Shown here: in pieces, positions 6,459 through 16,000 of the stretch
Position numbering within the stretch: position 1 is the stretch's first letter
Layout of the letters: each line of letters begins with the position of its first letter
DNA from: an uncultured virus (IMG/VR IMGVR_UViG_3300042347_000998)
Taxonomy: Duplodnaviria > Heunggongvirae > Uroviricota > Caudoviricetes
Strand: one strand, 5' to 3'
IMG/VR virus record: IMGVR_UViG_3300042347_000998
Length of the DNA stretch: 64,000 nt
Notes under the pieces: generated by a model
What the model was told of the DNA's origin: nothing
The model's input: only the letters and a program-made list of their open reading frames with translations
Database searches by the model: none
Program-made: the position numbers and the translations under genes

Positions 6459-7097
6459 ATGGCTTATTTAAACCATAGTCTTCCAGATTGGTCCTGTTAT
6501 ATTCGTAATGAATTTCTTTTTAATCACAAGAAAGGTCACGGTGAAGTAACTAAATGTGATGTTCATTGTGTTGCTAGTATTGAAAAAAGAGTTCCTTTAT
6601 TTGAGGCATTCCTTGAGAATGGCGTGAATTGGACTCGTAGACCTCTTCACGCATTTTGTTGGAAACCAGATGCAGAAATAGAACCTTTAGAGGATCTTAT
6701 GTACTGGGACTGCTTTTCACCGTATGTTGATGTTCAAAAACGTGCCCGTCTTGCTGGATTGCAAGCAGAATTGATTCGTCCTGATGGAAAAAAAGTGATT
6801 GGGAGCTATATGTTTACCCTTGATTGGTCATGGGAAAATAAAGGAGTCACTGATCTTAATTTTTCAGAGACTCCTGAACATAAATGTGCTCATTTATTCA
6901 AGGTGGAAACTGGAAATTACTATGCATATCCAAACAATCGCATTATTTGGTATGATAATGCCTGGACTTTCAATAGAATTGACAAAAATCCAGGATATGA
7001 AATTGATTTGACAGTATATTCGGTTGAAAATAAAAGAAAAATCGAAACATCTGATCATTACATGTACGAAATTACAAATTTAAATCAAAATAAATAA
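6459..7097 (+). CDS. hypothetical protein
   Basis: 212-aa Trp/His/Cys-rich ORF with YAYPNNRIIW; function not recognised. Confidence 0.8.
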   Translation: MAYLNHSLPDWSCYIRNEFLFNHKKGHGEVTKCDVHCVASIEKRVPLFEAFLENGVNWTRRPLHAFCWKPDAEIEPLEDLMYWDCFSPYVDVQKRARLAGLQAELIRPDGKKVIGSYMFTLDWSWENKGVTDLNFSETPEHKCAHLFKVETGNYYAYPNNRIIWYDNAWTFNRIDKNPGYEIDLTVYSVENKRKIETSDHYMYEITNLNQNK

Positions 7098-7118
7098 ATT
7101 TTTACTAAAGATATTGAG

Positions 7119-7460
7119 TTGAAACAGTTTTCGATGGGCAATCACCTTCTTTTGGAGGTTTATGATATAGAACACAATCTTCTGAATGATGGTATTTCTC
7201 TTCAGGGGGTGATGGAACGTGGAATTGAACGTGCTGGAATGACTATTTTAAATATTTTTCAGCACTGTTTCTATCCTCAAGGAGTTACGATTGTAATTGC
7301 TCTTTCGGAAAGTCATGTTTCGTGTCATACATGGCCGGAAAGAGGTTGTATTGCCATAGATGTATATACTTGTGGTGAAGGAAATCCAAAATTAGTTGCA
7401 CTAGAATTGTTGAAGTATTTTAATTCGGATAATTATAAACTTCGTCAGTTGGATCGTTAA
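7119..7460 (+). CDS. speD: S-adenosylmethionine decarboxylase proenzyme
   Basis: GNHLLLE, FYPQGVT, self-cleavage motif LSESHVSCHTWPE, IDVYTCG; start may be ATG 7134. Confidence 0.9.
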   Translation: MKQFSMGNHLLLEVYDIEHNLLNDGISLQGVMERGIERAGMTILNIFQHCFYPQGVTIVIALSESHVSCHTWPERGCIAIDVYTCGEGNPKLVALELLKYFNSDNYKLRQLDR

Positions 7461-7521
7461 ATAATAATAGAGATAGCAACCTCTTTAAAAGTTCCGGTTT
7501 TACTAAAAACAGGAGTTGCAA

Positions 7522-7764
7522 ATGTCTTTTTATCAAATTGATAGAAATAAAGATTATATGAGAGAAATGTGGGGAACTACAAGTCTCATTACTGATTACA
7601 ATCAACAAAAAAATACAAAAAAAGTACTTCAGGAGATTATGCACGATCATGCACCAAAGCATGATTTTAAAAAACAAACTGAATTACACGAAAAGATCAG
7701 AAATGATGAAGATTATGATGATTGGAATTATGGTACAGAACCAGTCTATGGGAAAATTGTCTGA
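7522..7764 (+). CDS. hypothetical protein
   Basis: AGGAG at 7511-7515 then ATG 7522; lies just upstream of gp25. Confidence 0.75.
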   Translation: MSFYQIDRNKDYMREMWGTTSLITDYNQQKNTKKVLQEIMHDHAPKHDFKKQTELHEKIRNDEDYDDWNYGTEPVYGKIV

Positions 7765-7801
7765 AAAGTCTTATAGATATATAAAAGACAATTAATCTTA
7801 G

Positions 7802-8203
7802 ATGCCAATTAGCATTTCAAGATCTTTTAAAGACATTAGTTTGTCTTTTTCACGTCATCCTGTTACAAATGATATTTTAATTTTAAAAAATGAGGATGCA
7901 ATTAAAAGATCTGTTCTCAATTTAGTTCAAACTCAAATTAGTGAGAGGTTCTTCAATAACTTATTGGGAACCTCTGTGAATTCTTCTTTGTTTGAACTTG
8001 CAACACAAGAAATAGAGATTATTTTAAAAAGAGAAATTGAAACTGTATTAAATAATTTTGAACCAAGAATTAGATTAAATAATATAGAGGTAGAAGTAAT
8101 TGATGATTATAATGAATTGACCGTTAAAATTGTATATGACATTGTTGGACTACCATTACCACTACAGAATATAGAGTTTATTTTACAACCAACTAGAATA
8201 TAA
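7802..8203 (+). CDS. gp25: baseplate wedge subunit gp25
   Basis: FKDISLSF..HPVTND, AIKRSVLNLV, FEPRI motifs; synteny with gp6. Confidence 0.9.
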   Translation: MPISISRSFKDISLSFSRHPVTNDILILKNEDAIKRSVLNLVQTQISERFFNNLLGTSVNSSLFELATQEIEIILKREIETVLNNFEPRIRLNNIEVEVIDDYNELTVKIVYDIVGLPLPLQNIEFILQPTRI

Positions 8204-10095
8204 TGTCCTTCAATAACTTTACAAACTTAGATTTTAATGATTTAAGAACTCAAATTAAGAGTTATTTGAGAGCAAATGCAAATTTTACAGATTTTGATTT
8301 TGAAGGATCTAATTTTTCTGTTTTAATTGATATTTTAGCATATAATTCTTACATTACTGCATTTAACACCAATATGGTGGTGAATGAATCCTTTATTGAT
8401 AGTGCAACTCTTCGGGAGAATGTTGTTTCTCTTGCACGTAATATCGGATATGTACCAAGATCAAAAAGTGCATCAAAGGGAAAAATAAGTTTTTCCGTAA
8501 GCACACCTAGAGATTCTAGTGGTAATTTAATTTCAAAAACAGTTACTTTAAAGGCAGGAGTAGTTGCCTTAGGTGCTGTGGAGGGGGGAAATTATATTTT
8601 TTCAATTCCAGAAGATAAAACAGTTGTTGTTGGAAATGATGGATTTGCAAATTTCACAGATGTTGAAATTTATGAAGGAACATTTTTAACTAAATCATTT
8701 ACAATTGACGATTCGCAACCAAATCAAAGATTTTTAATTCCAAATGCAAGTGTGGATACATCCACACTTCGTGTGAAAGTTACAAATGTTATAAATGAAA
8801 AATATGAGTTATATAATAATATTTTTAAAGTAGACAAAACTTCAAAATTATTTTTAATACAAGAAGTTAGTGATGAGAAATATGAAATTGTATTTGGTGA
8901 TAATATTTTAGGAAAAAGACCAATTAGTGGAAGTACCGTTCTTGTTTCCTATATTGTAACAAATGGAAAGGAAGGTGATGGTTGCTTTAACTTTACATTT
9001 TCAGGAATTTTAGTTGATAATAATCAAACAGCAATCACAAGTGGAATTTCTTTAATTACCACAACTCAAGTATCAGAAAATGGTGACGATATTGAGTCTA
9101 TTGATTCAATTAAATATCTTGGACCAAGAGTCTATGCCTCCCAGTATCGTGCAGTTACTGCAAATGACTATAAAGGATTAATCCCATCTATTTTTCCAAA
9201 TGTAGATACTGTTACTGCTTATGGTGGAGAAGAACTAGACCCACCAGAATATGGAAAAGTTTACATTTCAATAAAACCAAGAAATGGTAAATTTTTATCT
9301 CAAATCTCAAAAAATGAGATTAAAAAGCAACTAAAGCAATATTCAATTGCAGGAATACAACCAGAGATTATTGATTTGAAATATTTGTATGTTGAATTGG
9401 AATCCTCTGTATATTATGACAAAAGTTCAACTTCAAGTGTTACTGATTTACAATCTAGAGTTATTAATTCATTAAAGAGTTATGCAAAATCAACAGAATT
9501 GAACAGTTTTGGTGGAAGATTTAAGTATAGTAAAGTTTCAACGTTAATTGATAGCACAAGCACTGCAGTCACTTCAAATATCACAAAAGTAAAAATAAGA
9601 AGAGATTTACAACCAGCACTCAATACTCTTGCAAATTATGAACTTTGTTTTGGAAATCAATTTCATATTCAAAAGTTAATTGATGGGAAAGGATATAACA
9701 TAAAATCTACAGGATTTACTGTCAAAAATATAGCAGATAAATTATATTTAAGTGATACACCAAGGACAGATGAAGTTGGAACTATCTTTTTCTTTAGACT
9801 TGTGAATGGAGTTCCATTCATTGTAGTAAATAATGCAGGAGAAGTTAATTACAAAAAAGGAGAAATATTATTAAATCCAGTGATTATAACTTCTTCGGAT
9901 AATTCTTCGGGAATACAAATTCAAGCAATTCCGGAATCAAATGATATCATTTCTTTGAAAGATATATACTTAGAGATGGATACTACTACACTTAAAGTAA
10001 CTATGCTAGAGGATGTGATAACTTCTGGAGAAAATACCTCTGCAACAGAATATCCAGTCACATCTAGTTACAACAACGGAAATTATATAAGATAA
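8203..10095 (+). CDS. gp6: baseplate wedge subunit gp6
   Basis: LDFNDL, DFDFEGS, ESFIDSATLRENVVSLARNIGYVP, RAVTANDY. Confidence 0.95.
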   Translation: MSFNNFTNLDFNDLRTQIKSYLRANANFTDFDFEGSNFSVLIDILAYNSYITAFNTNMVVNESFIDSATLRENVVSLARNIGYVPRSKSASKGKISFSVSTPRDSSGNLISKTVTLKAGVVALGAVEGGNYIFSIPEDKTVVVGNDGFANFTDVEIYEGTFLTKSFTIDDSQPNQRFLIPNASVDTSTLRVKVTNVINEKYELYNNIFKVDKTSKLFLIQEVSDEKYEIVFGDNILGKRPISGSTVLVSYIVTNGKEGDGCFNFTFSGILVDNNQTAITSGISLITTTQVSENGDDIESIDSIKYLGPRVYASQYRAVTANDYKGLIPSIFPNVDTVTAYGGEELDPPEYGKVYISIKPRNGKFLSQISKNEIKKQLKQYSIAGIQPEIIDLKYLYVELESSVYYDKSSTSSVTDLQSRVINSLKSYAKSTELNSFGGRFKYSKVSTLIDSTSTAVTSNITKVKIRRDLQPALNTLANYELCFGNQFHIQKLIDGKGYNIKSTGFTVKNIADKLYLSDTPRTDEVGTIFFFRLVNGVPFIVVNNAGEVNYKKGEILLNPVIITSSDNSSGIQIQAIPESNDIISLKDIYLEMDTTTLKVTMLEDVITSGENTSATEYPVTSSYNNGNYIR

Positions 10096-10096
10096 A

Positions 10097-13000
10097 ATGT
10101 CAGAAGTTAAAAGAGTAAAAATCCAATCTTTTATTGAATCACAAATTCCAGAATTTTTAAATTCTGAATCTCCTCTGTTCAAAGAATTTTTAGAGCAATA
10201 TTATATTTCACAGGAACATCAGACTGGTGTTACTGATTTAACAGTTAATTTACAAAATTATAAAAGCATTGATAATTTTAATAACGAAACATTTTACAGC
10301 ACAGTTGGAATTTGTACTCTCACTTCTGATGTTGTGTCTTTTGATGATACGATTCTCGTCAATCATACAATTGGATTTCCCCAAAAATATGGTTTATTGA
10401 AAATTGATAATGAAATTATTACATACACGGGAATTACAACAAATTCTTTTACTGGTTGTATTCGTGGTTTTTGTGGATTAGATAAAGATAATACAAATGA
10501 TTTATTTAAATTTTCTTCAACAGATACTTCAGACCATACAAAAAATTCACAGGTAATTAATTTAAATATTTTATTTTTTCAGGAATTATTTAAAAAATTC
10601 AAAACACAATTTTTACCTGGATTTGAAGATAGACAATTTGCAACTGGAATTAATTTACAAACAATATTATCAAGAGCAAAGGATTTTTATACTACAAAAG
10701 GAACTGATACTTCATTTAAAATTCTTTTTAGTGTTCTTTTTAATGAGTCAATATCTGTCATTAAACCACAAGACTATTTAATTTCTCCATCATCAAATGA
10801 TTATTTGATAACTAAAAATATTTTAGTTGAACAAATAATTAGAGATTCCACATTTAAAGTTTCGGATTCTACTTTAAGAAAAGAATTAAAAGGAAAAACA
10901 ATATTTCAATCAACTTTAGATAATAAAACAGCAAGTGCATCAATTTATAATGTTGAATATAGACCAATAAATTCTGGAGATTTTATATACAATTCGGTTG
11001 GATTTGACGAAACTGCACAAAAAAATTATATCACCAAGGATTTTTATGAAATTTCTTTAGATCGTACATCATTTATATTAAACTTTGAATCTACTAAGAA
11101 AACAAAAGTTTTAGAAAATACATTCAAAAATTCAACTTCTATTTTAGTTGATTCTACAATTGGATTTAAAAAATCTGGAACTTTATTGATTAAACCAAAA
11201 AATCTTTCAAATCCAATTGTTTTAACATACACTGATAAAACAATTAATGAATTTTTAAACGTAAGTGGTCTAACAATTGATTTAGATTATGGTGCAGAAA
11301 TAATTGAAGAAAATTTCTTATACACATATTTGGATGACGGATCAAAAATTGAATTCAGATTGATTAACATTATTAATGATATTGATTATAAAGAAACATC
11401 AAATTTAAGAGTAAATGATAAAATACAACTATCTTCATTTGGTATTGATTTAAATGACCGAATTGAATTCAATCAATGGATTTATAATGTACCAACAACG
11501 CATCTCATAAAATCAGTAGATACAGGTAAAATATATTTGTATGAAAACATTAATTTATCTATTGGAGACCAAGTAGTATTATCTAATCCAGATTTAGTAG
11601 ATGTACAAAATGTTACAGTAAGTATTGAAGAATTTGGTTTTAATGAATTTGGACCTTTTATATCAATAAAAGGTCCAAATACAAGCACATTCAAAAAAAC
11701 ACATTTAACAAAAATCATTAATAAAGTTTCTAGTGATCAAAATTATTTTCCAAATGTTTCTATTTTTCCATCTTCAATTCAGAATACCTACATTGATTAT
11801 AATAGTGAAAATTTTTATGTTGCTTCTTCTGGACTCCCCAATTATGAAATTTATGCAACCGATAGAAAAACATTTGTTTCTGCAAATGTAAGTACGGGTT
11901 CAACTACAATTTTAAATTGTTCTAATCACAATTTATTTACTGGTGAAAAAATATATTATATTCAAAAATCTGGAAATGTTGGAATTAGAACTTCTGCATA
12001 TTTTGTAACAAAAGTAAATGACAATCAAGTAAAATTGTCATATAGTAATTCTGATTTATTCTCAAAAACTTATGTCCCAATAAAAAATAATGTTGATGGT
12101 GATTATTTTGTTAAATTTGATTTTCAAAATAAATCATTAGGTAATCAAAAATTATTTAAAAAATTTAATTTAGTTAAAAAATTAAATAAATTTTTTACAG
12201 ATAATGATAAAAGTACTATAGATAAAGCCACTGGGATTTTAATCAATGGTGTTGAAATATTTTCACCGACTCTTTATGATGAAAATATTTACTACGGAAA
12301 AATTAATTCAGTCATTGTTGAGAGTTCAGGAAAGGATTATGATGTTATTAATTTTTCTGGTTTAGAAGTTGATGATATTTATGGCACTGGTGCATCAGTA
12401 GAGGCAAATCTATCTGGAAGTCTGGATAAAGTAATATTATTAAATCCTGGAATTGGATATCCAAGAAAACCAAAAATTACTTTAGTTGGAGGAAATGGAT
12501 CAGGAGCAGTTTTAGAGTCAAACTTAGTAAAAACTAAAATCGTATCAAAATTTAAACCAAGTTCCGCCATCAGCATTGGATCAAGCACAATACAGTTTTT
12601 GACTAATCATAATTTTGATGACGGAGAAGAAGTATCTTATATTAATGATTCTAATGGAAATGTATCACCATTAATAAACAATTCAAATTATTTCGTAGGT
12701 ATAGTAAGTGCAACACAACTGAAATTATATAAAACTAAGGAAAATGCATTAGGAAAAAATAGTCCTATTACTTTCACTGGGATTGGTTCAGGAATACACT
12801 CTTTAAAAACCTTAAATTCAAAAAATACAATCACAAAAATTTATGTAAAAGAAAAAGGAAAAAATTATTCAAATAGATCGGTCAAAATACCAAGTGATTT
12901 ATCATCAAATAACCAAAATAATGGAATAAACACATTTGATGATTATATTTTTGCAAAAGAACACAATTTTAAAAATGAAGATGTAGTAATATACTCCACA

Positions 13001-16000
13001 AGTGGCACTTCAATATCTGGATTATCAACTCAAACAAATTATTATGTTACTGTAATTGATAGCAATAGATTTAAATTATCAGTTTTTGGATCTTCTGAAA
13101 ATCAAAGAATTAATTATGATAATAAAAAATATGTTAGGTTTTCTTCTGTAGGGGTAGGAACTCACATTTTCTCATATCCACCAATTCAAATTGAAATTGA
13201 ACACGTTTCTGGAATTGCAACTTCACCATCGGCAGAACCGATAGTTCTTGGATCAATTGAAAATGTTTTTATCACAAATGATGGAAAAAATTATGGTTCT
13301 CCTGATACATTAAATTATCACAGAAAACCTAGAGTTGGAATTTTCAGTATTCTTTCTGAATGTATTCTAAAACCAGTTTTGTTGAATGGTTCTATTGTTG
13401 ATGTTCAAATATTAAACTCTGGTAGAGGATACGGGAAAGACATTGATATAAAGATATTTGGCAAAGGAAAATATGCAGAATTATATCCAATTGTAACAAA
13501 TGGAAAAATAACAAGTATTAATATTTTGAATTCTGGTATAGGTTATGATGAAAAGACTACGTTACTTATTCAAAGAAGAGGTTTAGGTGCAAGATTTAGT
13601 GCCAATATTTTTGAATGGAAAATTAATCAAGTAGAAAAAAACAAAAAAATTATTTCACCCAATGATGGGGGTTTAATTGTACCTAGTAAAAACAACGAAA
13701 CAACACTGGAATTTATTCATTTTTATCCACCAAAAAATCTAAGATTTAAAGTTAATAATTTTATTGATAAAGATAATAATGAAATCTTACCAGACAATAA
13801 TCAAAATCCATATAAAATTTTAGGGTGGGCTTACGATGGAAATCCAATTTTTGGACCATATGGAAAAGTTAATGGTGAGTCAAAATTATTACAATCAAGC
13901 TATAAACTAAAAAATTCTGGTGAAATCGGAATTTCAATTTCAAATCAACTGAGACCCAATTTTGGATCAGGATTTTTTGTACAAGATTATCTTTATGATA
14001 GGGGAACTGGAGATTTAGATGAATATAATGGAATGTTTATTAATGACAAAAATTTACCAAATATTAACTATGGTTACTTTTCAACGATTTCTAATGATGA
14101 AAAAGAACCACAGTATCCATATACAGTACCTTTGAATTTTAAAGATTTACCAATAGAAGAAAATTTTAATCCGTTATTTAATCAAGATTTTAATTTTGAA
14201 TCCTTAGATATTGTTAGAAATATTGGACCTTATTATTTGAATTCAAGTAATTCTTCTTATGATTTAATTGATAAAATTGATTCAAAATATAAACAAGAAT
14301 TTATTGTTAAAGATATAAGTTCTTCTGGTATAACTTCAATTTCTATTTTTGAACCAGGTGATAATTATAAAGTAGGAGAATTAATTAAATTTGACAGTAA
14401 ATCTTCTGGTGGAAATTCAGTTTCTGCTGAGATTTCTAGGATAAAAGGAAAAAACGTATCAAATGTACAGGTTGGAATTTTAACATTTACTGATGTAAAT
14501 TTCATCACAAAGGGTGTTTCAATAAAAGGAATTACAAATCAACCACATAATCTAATTAGTGATGATGAAATCATTATATCCAATTTGTCATCAAGTGAAT
14601 TTAATCATTTGGAAGGAACTAAAAAAATATATGTTTTCCAAAACAGTGCAGGATTAGTAGAAAACCTAGAGAGTCAATCAGTTACTGGAGTGACAACATA
14701 CGTTAAAGTTACCGATGTATCTGGATTTGAAGTTGATAATTTTATAGGAATAGGAACAGAAGTTTTAAAAATAATCAACATTTCTTCAACGGAATCAAAA
14801 TTATACGTAAATAGATTTGATAATTATTCTGGAATACACAGTGTAGGATTTGCAACTGTAACTTTGTTGCCAAATACATTTACATTTTCAACTCAAAAAT
14901 ATGAAGATGATATAGTTGAAAATAAAACTGTTTATTTCAATCCAAGCAATACGATTGGAATTGGAACAACTGGTTCAATTTATTATAACATAGTCGGATT
15001 TCAAACTGCTTTCGGAACTTTAAATGCAACAGGTCTCAGCACAGTTGGTGTAAATACTACTTTATTGGAAATTGGTGATTATGTATTTGGGACTAATATT
15101 CAAAATAACACAACTATAACATCAATTGGGATTGGTTCAATTACAATAACACCAGACCACACTCTTGGTGGTGGGATATCAACAAATTTATTGACATTTT
15201 CAAGGAAAATATACGATAAAACTGTTCCAAGTCGTTCAATATACATACCAAGTCATAAATTTTATACTGGACAATCTATTACTTATAATGTTGGGTTGGT
15301 TGGAAATGGCATTGTGGTTTCTGAAACTGGGACAGGAACAACATTTAGATTAGCAAACAACCAAACAGTATATACAGTTAATTTAGGAAAAGATTATGTT
15401 GGTCTATCTACTTTAGGATTTACTACTAGTACTGGAATTGGAACGACACAAAATTCTTTATATTTTAGAAGTCCTATTGAAAATATTGGTTTGGCTCATT
15501 CTTTGACAACTCAATATGAAAAAATTAAGGGGAAAGTAAATAATTATTCAGTAGTCGTTTCAACTTCTCAAACACACGGTTTGCAAACAGGTGACAATAT
15601 TAAATTTAATTTTGAACAAAGTAACACAAATACTATAAAATTAAGATACGACAAAGTAATTAGAAAAATAACTACAGAACTTATTGATTTTGACCCCTTA
15701 TCGGGAATAAACACACTCACAAATGAAATTAATATTCCTGGAAATAATTTAAAAACAGGAGATAAGATTGTTTATTATACTAATGACCAAACTTCTGTTG
15801 GTGGATTATCTACAAATGCTGTGTATTATGTTTTAAAACAAAATCCAGATAAAATTAAGTTATCAAGTTATCAATATGATGCTAATGTTGGAATTGCAAT
15901 TACTTTGACTTCTGTTGGTTCAGGATTAACTCACAATTTTGCTCTCGTCAATCCACCAATCAATATTTTAAATGGAAATATAATATCCTTTGATTTAACT

